NCBI GenBank assembly: GCA_024626585.2
Contig: JANKJI020000004.1
Span: forward strand, 141,815,302-141,836,131
Length of the DNA stretch: 20,830 nt
Source of the DNA: Ginkgo biloba
Lineage: Eukaryota; Plantae; Ginkgophyta
Direction of reading: 5' to 3'
In this document: one piece after another, positions 1-11,263 of the stretch
Position numbering within the stretch: the stretch's first letter is position 1
How the letters are laid out: every line of letters begins with the position of its first letter
Notes under the pieces: model-generated
Seen by the model: only the letters and a program-made list of their open reading frames with translations
Databases searched by the model: none
What the model was told of the DNA's origin: nothing
Position numbers and translations under genes: made by a program

Positions 1-1054
1 ATGTACTTGTGGTAAGTCCAACATCATGTTGGTCGACAGGAAATATACATACATACCATGGAAATGCTACTATGTCTTCCAATGGAAAGTTGGTAATTCA
101 AAAAGTTCAATAGTAAACCTGAGGGAGTTGGTGGTTAAACATCCAACACAAAAGTGGCTAGCATTGATGAGTTCTATTATGGACTGAGTGATGAAGCCAT
201 GTCCTATCATGGAAGGGTTGTCATCTAGCACTTAAAGTGGCATATTAGCCAACCTTGATGCTCTCATGAATCAACATTGTTGGATGCTACATCGTAATGG
301 TAGAGGAAGGTTAAAACAATTGTAATCTAATCTGAAAGACCATTGGATCCATAGGGATGATTTTGTGGAGCCTAGAAGTTTGGGTGGTAAAGTTGTTCAT
401 GAGTTCGCATGTGGCGGTTCTCATGGCGAACAATAGGTGTGAACTTGCTATGTTTATCTCTATTCCCTGGTTAAAGTTTGTTGCACCTAACCTAGACAGA
501 CACTTAACTTGACTTAGACTTATGACTTAAGGGGTGCTTGTTGAGTGTACTTTGATATGCAAAGAGAGGTGCAAGGTTGTAAGTGGTACTAGAACAAGGG
601 ACTAGATTAGAACCCACACTCAAGTATGGAAGATTTGGCACAAACCATAAGAAGGTTGCAAAGAACGATGACAAGAGAAAATTCAAGTCAACAGTTGGAT
701 ATCAATAACCTCAAGAGAAACAATAAAAGATTGCTAGAGGACAAGAAAGAAAGAAAGAAATAGTATTAATGTCCACTAATGACCAAAAGTGGTCAATGGG
801 ACTATAAATAGTATATCATGTGAGATAAAGTGTGCGAGTGCCAAAGTGGAAACTCCATATCTAAACCTAATGCTAGACCTATCCCTATCTCAAAGCCTCT
901 ACAAAGTAGGTATCATGATATGTCATATAAAAAAATGTGCAAGGCAAACAGGTCAAAATGTTAACCTTGCACTCAACATGATAATCCAAGAAAATCCGAA
1001 AGTAGGGTAATGTACAATATATGACAATGAAAGGATTCCTGTCCAAGTACCTCC

Positions 1055-1421
1055 TAGAAGGGAATGGGGATATCCAACTGTCATGAGAGTGTGCGTCACT
1101 CTACGCCCATGTCTCATCCACAAGGTATACTAAATGACTGTCATAAATCCAAGGGAAAAAATATTAAATCCTAGAACATATNNNNNNNNNNNNNNNNNNN
1201 NNNNNNNNNNNNNNNNNNNNNNNNNNNNNNNNNNNNNNNNNNNNNNNNNNNNNNNNNNNNNNNNNNNNNNNNNNNNNNNNNTAGGAGGGAATGGGGATAT
1301 CAAACTGTCATAAGAGTGCATGTCACTCCACGCCCATGTATCCTCCACAGGGTACACCACTCATTAAATGTGTCATAGATCTAGGGGAAGAAGATGGTCC
1401 AATCTTGTTTGTCCTAACATT
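1055..1421. repeat. Two diverged copies of a ~125-140 bp repeat flanking a 100-N gap (probable collapsed tandem array)
   Basis: 1055-1181 (tagaagggaatggggatatccaactgtcatgagagtgtgcgtcactctacgcccatgt...gtcataaatccaaggg) aligns with 1282-1421 (taggagggaatggggatatcaaactgtcataagagtgcatgtcactccacgcccatgt...gtcatagatctagggg). Scattered substitutions show these are distinct copies, not an overlap artefact. Confidence 0.85.
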
Positions 1422-1714
1422 TAAGGCCAATGGAGTGGTGTCACTAAGGAAAAACCGGTGATCTGTCTATCAGGTGGTGGCATGGGTCTTGCCTTCGAGT
1501 GAGGGCCTTCTAGCTAGGGAGCCTTCTCCTCTTAGATGATCAAAGAGGGTGTTGTTGGGATCTCTATTGGGGTGCGATTCAGTGTCTAAAGGTTCTTTGT
1601 CCCACATCCTACCTAATGTGATGCTTTTGACTGAAACTCTCATTCNNNNNNNNNNNNNNNNNNNNNNNNNNNNNNNNNNNNNNNNNNNNNNNNNNNNNNN
1701 NNNNNNNNNNNNNN

Positions 1715-3014
1715 AAGAAGGACAAAGCTAAAGATAGTAAAATCAAAAGAAAGAACAAATCAAGGGCCCAAGCCAGAGTACTTGAAAAAACTCAAAGAAT
1801 AGCAAATTCATTCATATTATGGTAAGGAGGCCACTCACGAAGTGTTATAACCTAGCCATGTCAAACTATAGATTAAGGCTCTCTTTTTGCTATACTCCAT
1901 CAACAAATTGAATCATATTTATTNNNNNNNNNNNNNNNNNNNNNNNNNNNNNNNNNNNNNNNNNNNNNNNNNNNNNNNNNNNNNNNNNNNNNNNCTCATC
2001 TCAATAACTTTGAAACGAGTGGTCATGAGCTTATATAGAGGCAAGAGCAAGCCCCACTAAGGGCTACGATAGTAAGAATTGGTTGTAAACATGACTTATT
2101 AAGTCGCCAAAAGCCTACTGTACCCCACTAGAAAGCTTAAGACTCACCCTTCAAGAGCCTACACAATTTCCTAGAGTAAAAAATGGCTCACAGGCATCCT
2201 AGAGCGAAGGAGCGCACATGTCTACTTAAAGATAACCCAAAAAGACGCCTAGGAGAAGTATGAATAGAGCAAAGACCTTCAGTTTCATCATCACTTAATG
2301 TAAAATGACTTCTATAATGCCTTTTCTCTTGAAACATCCTCATAAGTGTGGACTTTAGGTAGTATAGGTACAACGATGTTACAACCCAAAAAACCAAGTA
2401 CGTCTTCTCTTTAAATTTGTGAAAAGAGATAAGTTTAATATTGAGGCATGCACCTTTGTATTGCAACTATTGATTAGTTTAGCAGAGAAAGTGGCGAGGA
2501 GAGAGGAAAAGGGAAAAAGAAGGGCCCTAGAGATAATCCAATATAGGGCATCTCCAATAAATTAATGACGTGTCGTTTAGCATTATAGAAGGGTTCTTGG
2601 GAAGTGGGCATTTCCAAGGATAGGTCCATCCCTTATGTGGGAGGTTGTGTTTGTTCTTTCTACATATACAATGTTTGTGTTTGCTTTTAAATTCCCTTAT
2701 ATTTCTCAATTCACATCACAAATAAGGAATGCCATAGTAAATGAATCAACCATAAACATTAACACAAACATAAACCATTAGACTTCTTCCAGAACACACA
2801 ATAAGTCATTATAGACCATAATGTCCCGCTTCCCTTAACAAGAGCATTACAAAATATAAGATTGAGAGTCAACAGTGTACAAGCTACAATATCATAATCT
2901 TCTCTTCAATACTAGACTCTCACCTATGTCTAGCTTTTCATTTACAATGCTTATATAATGCTAATCTAACCTCTATTCCTACCAATTCTTTCAAAAGATT
3001 CTAAATTCAAATCG
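1715..3014. mobile_element. Non-coding patchwork of probable LTR fragments
   Basis: No coding signal. Minus-strand TATA-like motifs at ~2029-2041 (cctctatataagc) and ~2950-2960. A plus-strand segment ends ...caattcacatca at 2718, like an LTR 3' end. Judged from general LTR appearance only. Confidence 0.3.
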
Positions 3015-3159
3015 NNNNNNNNNNNNNNNNNNNTTTTAATACATAACAAGTATCAGTGACACCTTTTAAAAAAATGCACCTTATACATATATTCGACCCT
3101 TTGTTTTGATTACATTTATATGCTAGATATTTGGACCATATGTAGAAGCATTTGATCGC

Positions 3160-3850
3160 AATCGTTTTGCCAGTTTCCAATCACAACAACTTTGCAATTA
3201 TTTGTCGCAACTAGTTTTCCAATTATGCGTAGTAGTCATTTTACAATTATCGATCGCTTCCAACATGGGAGTTNNNNNNNNNNNNNNNNNNNNNNNNNNN
3301 NNNNNNNNNNNNNNNNNNNNNNNNNNNNNNNNNNNNNNNNNNNNNNNNNNNNNNNNNNNNNNNNNNNNNNNNNGGCTTAGAACTAGGGTTTCCTGGGCTG
3401 TGACAGTTGGTAGATGTAAAACGATAATTAACATAGGTTGACAATACGCATCAATTGGAAATGCAACAGCTCGAGGAAGTAAACAAAGAACTAATCCATT
3501 TGTTGCAGTAGCATGCTCTACCACTTTCACCGAGTGTTCAAAGCTCATCTAAGTTGAGAAAGAAATAAAATTTTCAAAGGGAGCGACCTATCAAAGTTTG
3601 AAATTTTTTGCTAATCAAACGAGGATGTTCAATGACAGTGGTTGGCTAGATGTATGTCGGATAGTTTGACCATAACCAAAAGCATCTGGTCACATTCGTT
3701 TTGACAATTTTTGGTCATAGTAGAAGATAGTCATCAATGGTAGCTAGTTTTCTAATTATCATTCATAGCTAGTTTTCAAGTTATTGGTCACATCCATTCT
3801 GCAACTATTGATTGCTTCCAACCTGGTAGTAATTGGTCGTAGTGGAACTC
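3160..3850. repeat. Degenerate ~25-bp minisatellite-like motif in two blocks
   Basis: ctagttttccaattat (3211), ctagttttctaattat (~3744) and ctagttttcaagttat (~3768) recur. Both blocks end in gat(c/t)gcttccaac(a/c)tgg(g/t)agt (~3252-3272 and ~3810-3830). Confidence 0.55.
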
Positions 3851-4847
3851 CAGTTACCGGTTGCAAACAAATGAGCAAGTAATGCCCCAACACAATGAAT
3901 ATTAACTCTATTTATACAAATGCTAACCAATTGATTTAGTTAATAACGCCCTAGTTAGGATTAACTAAAGATTGTGACTATTAAGATCTACAATTGAAAG
4001 GGTGCTTTTGTATTCTATTTATGTTGTAAGTTGCAAAGCAGAACTCTACCATGTTTTATTCAATATAACTCATATTCTGTACTATTCGTTGTTTCTTACT
4101 CAATGACTACGTAATGAATGCTATGTTGTAATGATTTGCCTAAGATTCTCTATTATGAATGTTCACCTATAGATTCCTAGCATTGACTGTTCTAAAGACC
4201 TAGGGATGCGACCCTATTGGTGAGAGCAGTATGATCGCCATCCTCCGTCTCTTAGGGTTGTTTGGCTAGTTAACCATTCTATGTAGGCTTTACAATGATC
4301 GTAGAATAGTAAACAATATTCTTGTAATTAGTTCGGATCTACTTTAGCTTGCAATGGTGTAGATGCTAGTGTAGGCCCTGTCGCCTTAATCCTTTTAGCC
4401 TATTTTTGATTTGTTCCATCCGTAGGCACCAAATACTGTTGCAAAAATTGAACATATTTATTCACCTCTTCTAGTTGACCATTCACATCTTTTAAAGTTG
4501 TCCACAATTCTAACAAGTATGTCTCATGCTGAGAAGGCTTTATTAGCATTCTTGTCACACCATCTACTGACATATGTTTTCATATTTTTAATTCATTTTT
4601 CATCTTTTGTTCTTCCTTCTCTATCAATTCCTTCAGTGCATTCATGCTAGAAGCGTTGTCTCTTGCTGAATACAGTACTAAAACAACAATTTTATCATCA
4701 ATTATTTGATTGTACTCATTTTCCAAACTTTGAATTTCTTCTCCTATATTGTCCATTTTCCTTAGTTTTTAAGTACTCTACTTTTATTCATAACTTTTCA
4801 GACTATTTATTACAAAAATATTCATAGTAAAGGGGCCTTCTGAGGGT

Positions 4848-5181
4848 TGATGACAAACTCCAAGGAACAGAAATGGCAGTCTTGCTCCTCTCACCAACAA
4901 GACTGCATTTTAGAGTTTTGGGGCACAAGTTACCAATTGTTGAGATGGGAATCTATTCATGCATACATGAGAACTACAAACAGAAATGTAATGCCATTCA
5001 CATACGGTGCAAAAGAATGGAAGTATTCAGTAAAGAAGATATGTTGTTATTCATTGATTGATGGATTATCTCTTCTGCCACAATGGCTATACATATATAG
5101 GCGTTTAGTGCGCCTTTACAGAAGGGTGCCAACCCTTCCTAATCATTCATGTAACTATTGGTAAATAACTATGTAACTACT
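4848..5181 (-). mobile_element. ~334-bp solo-LTR-like insertion inside extra ORF copy A
   Basis: Begins TGATGAC at 4848 and has a minus-strand TATA-like cctatatatg (~5093-5101). ggtt occurs at both junctions (4845-4848, 5182-5185). Removing it rejoins the host frame as ...KIIAKLVRLLK-PSEGPFTMNIFVINSL... Confidence 0.55.
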
Positions 5182-6769
5182 GGTTTTAGTAGTCTTACCA
5201 ATTTGGCTATTATCTTGTTAACAACTTCTTTGTAGTCTTCCTTCGCTTAGTGAGACAAACGAACACCCTATCGTTAGCAAACGAACATTGATACTGGATG
5301 CAAACAAAATTTTTCCTCTGTAACTATGAGCAAACACATTTTGTTCATTGCAAACAAACACTGTTGTTGTTGCAAACGAAGATTGATATTGAGACGATCA
5401 CCCTGTATTTGTTGTTCTTGCTTGCAATCAGTGTTAAGGTGTCAAAATACCTGCTAAAATCTCATTGGGCACAAGTTCTAAATGTGCTCACATCAAAATT
5501 TGTTGCCTTTCTCCTGCCATCTTGAAATTTTCTCCACTCCCTCTTGTGTTTAGGAAACAATGGGTTGTATTTGGGTACTGTAATTTTGTTTTTCTGCATG
5601 ATTTCTTCCAATACTTCCACCTTCCCTTCCAAATATTGTAGCTCTTCACCTAAATTTGTTACCTGCTTCTATGCATTGCCCATCCTTTTTATAGCATCCA
5701 ACATTTTGTTGGTGTTTTCTGCAACTTTCACCTTGGCACTGAAGAGCTTCTTATGTTCCCTGTCGCATTTCAAAATCCACTTGCCTAATTTGGAAATGAT
5801 TCCTTCCAAACCTGGTGGAATATCTATTTCAAAATGAGTCATAAATCGTTGGTATGCATTATCTTTGGAAGAAACATCGAGCAACCATTATCTTCATTTC
5901 GGTTGTGCGTGCTTGCTCTTGTGCTTCCATTGTCTCCTTCAAGACACAATAAGTTACGAAACAATAGCTAGATGACATTGGCTGTGAATGTAGGTCTTTA
6001 GCCCTCATGGTTATGGAGCTCGCAATCTTCTTCTCCAAGCTTTCTTCAAACACCTTAATGCGGTCACTCCAATCCAATTCATTGTGCCCATTTAGAATAG
6101 AGTCAACCCATGTCTGTCATGGAACAATGTCGAGTGATGTATAAAAGGACTAATTAACTGGCACCTCTTCTGCTAGTCGTGCCTTTTCTTTCTTCCTTAT
6201 TTCTTCTTCCACAAAATTTTGNNNNNNNNNNNNNNNNNNNNNNNNNNNNNNNNNNNNNNNNNNNNNNNNNNNNNNNNNNNTACTAATTTTGCTTTTATTG
6301 CTATCCTCCCATCGTAACCTAGCAACAACCAATGTAACGCATTCTATATTTGTTTTATCAACAAAAGCACATGCTCCCCCTGAATTATTCCTTTCGAGAA
6401 TTGTGCATACCAACCAATAATACATGGAAATTCCAGGGCATCATTAGTGGTGGGTAATTTTACCTTGAGGCATTTAGTCATAAGAAGTCCCANNNNNNNN
6501 NNNNNNNNNNNNNNNNNNNNNNNNNNNNNNNNNNNNNNNNATTTTTCAATAATGTCAACATTTTAAACCTTATGTGAGCACACCAGTTATATCATTTTCC
6601 AGATTTTACCTCCCAAATTGTTGAGCGCAACTGTGTTGGTAGATGGGTATTTGGAGTCCAAATAACTTCACAACCGTTAACTTACTAATCCATCTTAATT
6701 CTAGATCCCGTAATCCTTCCATATGGATGCCTGAAGTGGAAGCATTGGCAACGTCATTGCAGTATTCCC

Positions 6770-6843
6770 TAGCTATCTCTCTATGGTCCTATTGTGCAAA
6801 TATGGGTAGCTATCTCTTTATGGCCCTATTGTGCAACTATGGG
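6770..6843. repeat. 37-bp direct tandem duplication (2 copies)
   Basis: tagctatctctctatggtcctattgtgcaaatatggg (6770-6806) and tagctatctctttatggccctattgtgcaactatggg (6807-6843) differ at 3 positions. The duplication frameshifts ORF copy A. Confidence 0.95.
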
Positions 6844-7547
6844 TACTTTTAGATTGTCATAAGGTAGCCTGGGAACTTCGTGGATTGCTTCTTCCGTAAT
6901 TGGTAGTAGATTCGGACAGGCGACTATCATGCCGATTGCTAAAGCGAGGCACTTTGATTCATAAAATAGTAGCGGTTGCATAAAATACTATCGTAGCCCT
7001 GTGCTCTCCAAAGCTTGTTGGATGGGGTTCCCAGCCAAAAAAATTAACAACCAAACACATAATGTAGGCTCATAGCACTCTTGAATTTCGATTTAAAAGG
7101 TGGGTATCTTCTTCTTTTCTACTTTCGACTTTTTCCTGGGGGATTGCTCATACTTTTTTCCCATGCTCGTGCTGGTTGACTTCTACTCTAGGTCATTGGT
7201 TCTCCTTTGTTTATTCGCAAGTGGTTCCTTTGTTTGCAACCTATATGCCCTGTCATAATTGTTGGAGGTGTTTAGATGCATTGTTCATGCGTGCTAGTGC
7301 CGTCATGGTAAATTTGAGTATGGCGCATGTCATCTACTAGCTCGTCCTTTCCTTTCGTCGGACATGGAGATGACAAGAGTTTGTTTCATGATGACACTTT
7401 AATGTCCCTTGGATCTGATGATGNNNNNNNNNNNNNNNNNNNNNNNNNNNNNNNNNNNNNNNNNNNNNNNNNNNNNNNNNNNNNNNNNNNNNNNNNNNNN
7501 NNNNNNNNNNNNNNNNNNNNNNNTAATCTGACTCTTAATTTGAGCAA

Positions 7548-7559
7548 TTCCCCCTTATT
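7548..7559 (-). other. Putative polypurine tract (PPT) downstream of extra ORF copy B
   Basis: Minus strand reads aataagggggaa followed by ttgctcaaa, placed just 3' of a long minus-strand ORF relic as expected for a PPT/3' LTR junction. The LTR is cut by a 100-N gap. Confidence 0.35.
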
Positions 7560-7699
7560 CTAGTTCAAATTAGCATGCAATTATGTATTAATGGGCCCCT
7601 AAGTACCTATGGAAGATAGGGCCAAACTTTGAACTATATACATATAAGGATGGAACTCCTTTGGACCATTAACCACCATTATTGTTATTCCAAAAGGCT

Positions 7700-9576
7700 A
7701 TAATCTATAAATGGGATTAATATCTTTATTTAATAACTCTAGTCCTTCATTCAACTCTATAATCTCTATATAATGTAATTTCTCCTTGACTATGAATTAA
7801 TCCTCTAATTTTATAGCCCTTTATGTTAACTTAGTGGTTGACCTTATGATTATCTCATCTATGACTTTAGAAATGACTACTCCTTTAAAAATGTCTAAGG
7901 ATCAATGGAACCAACCTTTCCTTTTCTCCATAACCATGTCCAAGGTAGTTGGTTTCCTAATGGTTATCCTAGTTAGATAAACAGAAATTTATAAGGCACC
8001 ATCTTTAAAATTTCTTCAACACTTATCCCAAAGGGCATGTATCATCAATTAGGAAGGGATAACTAGCATTATAGATGTTATGATCTAAGTTTGTAGTGTT
8101 ATGCTAATTAAAGAAAGAGTAACTTGGGAGGGTGTACCACCTTTAGGAGTGATTTGAGGATCTCAGGATGAAGTACCAACATTTAAAGTGGAAGGAGGAA
8201 CTATCCCATTTGACACCATTATAGTAGGAAGAGCACTATCAACCACAACCACCTTTGAATTCTTTAGTAATAACTCCATATATTCAATGTGTACTAGAGT
8301 CATGTACTATACTACCAAAGATGTCAATAGAAAATTAAGCATCCCTCAATGCATTTTAGGATATCACAACATTTGGATCTTTTATTTCATCTTGAATTAA
8401 GTGCTTCTCCTATGACCATTATTGATTGTGAGAAAAAATAGGCATATTTATCTCTAGGTTCTTCACTACATTAATGTTAGAGAAGGTATGTAGGTTGTGT
8501 TTCATCACCACTTTNNNNNNNNNNNNNNNNNNNNNNNNNNNNNNNNNNNNNNNNNNNNNNNNNNNNNNNNNNNNNNNNNNNNNNNTCTTAACATTCAAAC
8601 ATCCTTTCAACATCAAATTCACTCCATACGCTATATATTACCAACCTTTCTCCACCCATTACTCCTTAATGAAATCTATCAAGGATATAGTGAAGGTCAT
8701 TCCTTCATCAAGGGTGCAAATCTAGGGTGAAATAATATTGTTTAAATAAAAAAGATAATTTACTTCATCATCCACATGTTATAAATATTTTTCTAATACT
8801 ACATAGTCTTAGCATGGGGCTCACATAGCTGGATTAACCCTATCTAACCTCTATATCAACTCTATCATCAAAATATATACGACACAAGGATAAAAATTAT
8901 CTTCCTATTTACTCAATGAGTGTGAAACTCATTTGGTTGGTTTGCATATGATTATGCCTAATTATATATCTCTCCTGGAGTTAGTTGAGCTAACATAATT
9001 ACCCACTTCTATTTTTATGTAAATACTAATCTCTTCATATGAAAACCTCTTAGCCAATATTTAGATATCCCATAGGGTCATTGGTTCTAAATGATAAGAT
9101 GGTAAGAACATTTGATATACCATACACATTCCCCTCATTATAACCCAAGTCTAGGGCATTGTAAATATTTGTCTAGGAGGATTTTTTACCCTTATCCCTA
9201 GGATATACTAACTTTCCATAATTTAGAAGCCCCAATACCATTGAAATAGTCTTGGGATCAATCAACAAGCATTTAGATATTACATAAAGTCATTTTATTT
9301 TATATCTTTGCAAGATTTTAACCATGCATGGGTATTCTATATAGATAATTAGCATTTCTACCATCTTAATCAACCCTACGATCTACAAGCAATATTATGC
9401 TAGTGAAACTTTTCCATCTACCTTGGTCATGAATTGAAACCATTCATTAGTCATCAAACTTAGGTTATCTTCCACCACTTTGTGCGTCTATAAAGTCACC
9501 ATGATGCCTATTGGAAAGAACTCTCTTACTCTTAGTTACAACACTTATCTCTTTTTCTCGAATTTGCAATGTAAAA
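7700..9576 (-). pseudogene. Decayed retrotransposon-associated extra ORF (copy B), PMD-like
   Basis: Manual translation from ~9529 gives VREFFPIGIMVTL*THKVVEDNLSLMTNEWFQFMTKVDGKVSLA*YCL*IVGLIKMVEMLIIYIEYPCMVKILQRYKIK*LYVISKCLLIDPKTISMVLGLLNYGK...KWVIMLAQLTPGEIYN*A. It aligns without gaps over 66 codons to copy C at 18.5-18.8 kb. The 3' extent below ~8850 is approximate. Confidence 0.65.
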
Positions 9577-9884
9577 TAAAATAGGGGAAATGTTATGCCT
9601 ATTATACTAGTCCATCAATGACTTTTTTCTTGCCTCCAAGATCTAGCTGCTCTTATGCCAAAGTTGTACAATCGAGTGTTAGCCTTACCTTCTAAATTTG
9701 CCACCACTTCTTCTGACAAAATATTCTTCAAGATCTAATAAAGGGGATCGCAACACCATGATTCAATGATCAAAATTGCAAGTCCCATTACACTTGGCTA
9801 ATTCAAATCTATGAGCATTAACTTCCACATCAACCAATGCACCATGATTTTCCATGCACCGTAATGTCTCACATACGACAATAT

Positions 9885-11263
9885 TGTCTAAGTGGTTGCC
9901 CACAGATACTAGGTGCCAATTTACCTTTCAGAGAGGTATAAACTATTCTAGTTAGAGAAAACTAAGAATATTCCTCAGATGCCATTTTCCCTTGTAAGTG
10001 TGGAGCGCTCAGCTAGGGAAGGGAAAGATGGATTTTGTTGATCAATCAATGGTCTTGTCTTGTATGGCCTCCTTGGTTCTTTAGTGAGCATGATACACAC
10101 TACTAGCGAAAGGAGAGAATATTCCTATTGTAATTCCCTTTTTCCTCAGTAAGGGAGGAGCACTCGACTAGGGAAGGAAAACATGGTTGCTGTCGACTGG
10201 TCAGTAGTCTTGTCTTGTACAGTCTCCCTAGTTTCTTGGTAAGCACGATGCACTCTACCAGGGAAGGGAGAGAATATTCCTATTACGATTCCCTTTTTTT
10301 CTTATGAGTGGGGAGCGCTTAACCAAGGAAGGGAAATGTGGCTATTGTCGATTGGTCAACAATCTTGTCCTGTATGGTCTCTATGGTTCCTGGGTGAGTG
10401 TGATGAATGCTACCATAGAAGGGAGGGAATATTCCTACTATGATTCCATTCTTCCCTATTGAGCAGGGAGTGCTCAACCAACAAAGGGAAACGTGGATGT
10501 TGCCAATTAGTCAGCGGTCTTGTCCTATATGGTCTCCTCGATTCCCTATTGAGCGTGATGCACTCTTCTAGGGAAGGGAGAGAATATTCTTACTATGATT
10601 CCCTTCTTCCTTGGTGAATGGGGAGAGCTCAACTAGGGAAGGGAAATGTGTATGTTGTTGATTGGTCAGCAGTCTTATCCTGCACTATCTCCCAATTTCC
10701 TTGGTGAGCACAACACTCAATCGGGAAGGGATAGAATAATCTTGTTGTGATTCTCTTTTTCACTAGTGAGCGAAAAACACTCAACCTAGGAAGGGAAATG
10801 TGGTGGTTGTTGATTGGTCAATGGTCTTATCTTGCACTATCTCCTGGATTCCTTAGTGAGCACAATGCACTCCATAGGGAAGGAAGAGATTATTCTTATT
10901 GCAATTCTCTTTTTCTCTAGTGAGTGAGAAGCACTCAACTAGGGAAGGGAAACGTGGTGGTTGCCGATTGGTCAACGGTCTTGTCCTGTATGGGCTCCTT
11001 GGTTCCCTAGTGAGCGTGATGCACTCTACCAAGGAAGGGAGAGAATATTCCTACTATGATTCTCTTTTTCCTTGGTGAACAAGGAGCGCTCAACCAAGAA
11101 AGGGAAACATGGTTGATGCCAATTGGTTGTCAACTCATTCATCCCTCTATCACTATCCTATGCCAACCTACTAGCTCTTCTTCTGCTAGCAATTCAGAAC
11201 TAGTCTTTTGGCAACGCCTTATTCTTGTGTGACTTGTGATTGAGGTGAAAATGCGACTTAACA
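9885..11263. mobile_element. Putative LTR (~1.38 kb) carrying the 155-bp array
   Basis: Starts TGTCTAAGTGG (9885) and ends GCGACTTAACA (11263), giving TG...CA ends with an imperfect terminal inverted repeat TGT(C)TAAGT. The right end coincides with the abrupt end of Gypsy pol homology. Flanks (aatat / cctac) do not form a TSD. Confidence 0.4.
9966..11128. repeat. Tandem array of a 155-bp monomer, ~7.5 copies, with two stem-loops per monomer
   Basis: The anchor gaatattcct recurs at 9966, 10117, 10272, 10427, 10582, 10734, 10888 and 11043 (spacings 151,155,155,155,152,154,155). By-eye consensus: GAATATTCCTACTATGATTCCCTTTTTCCTTGGTGAGTGGGGAGCGCTCAACTAGGGAAGGGAAACGTGGTTGTTGTCGATTGGTCAGCGGTCTTGTCCTGTATGGTCTCCTTGGTTCCCTGGTGAGCGTGATGCACTCTACCAGGGAAGGGAGA. 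Confidence 0.97.

Larger units (their letters stand above)
4400..7164 (-). pseudogene. Decayed retrotransposon-associated extra ORF (copy A): PMD-like N-terminal region plus long coiled-coil C-terminus
   Basis: Manual translation from ATG 7164 gives MGKKYEQSPRKKSKVEKKKIPTF*...NPIQQALESTGLR*YFMQPLLF...LLPITEEAIHEVPRLPYDNLKVP...EYCNDVANASTSGIHMEGLRDLELRWISKLTVVKLFG...YNWCAHIRFKML. It continues through E/K-rich helical pieces (ORF-track 6150-6425, 5859-6077, 5669-5884) and ends MDNIGEEIQSLENEYNQ...LEEVNKYVQFLQQYLVPTDGTNQK* at 4400. Broken by stops, frameshifts, a 37-bp duplication, two N gaps and an insertion. Confidence 0.65.

Noticed and set aside
626-763. Coiled-coil-like peptide MEDLAQTIRRLQRT.../KLDINNLKRNNKRLLEDKKERKK as a gag start
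   Set aside because: It is too short, frameshifted, partly a (GAAA)n tract, and has no diagnostic gag motif.
4847-5164. 105-aa and 62-aa plus-strand ORFs
   Set aside because: They fall inside the LTR-like insertion and show no protein-family motifs.
5298-5837. Hydrophobic plus-strand ORFs resembling membrane proteins
   Set aside because: They are antisense shadows of the E/K-rich minus-strand relic.
9899-9918. Minus-strand tggcacctagtatctgtggg as a Tat-type PBS (TGGCGCCGTCTGTGGG)
   Set aside because: It needs a 4-nt insertion plus mismatches, is not preceded by an LTR-terminal CA, and no gag follows.
9966-11128. CRISPR-like array (palindromic repeats with spacers)
   Set aside because: The spacers are themselves repeated with the 155-bp period, the repeats are degenerate, there are no cas genes, and the context is plant retrotransposon DNA.
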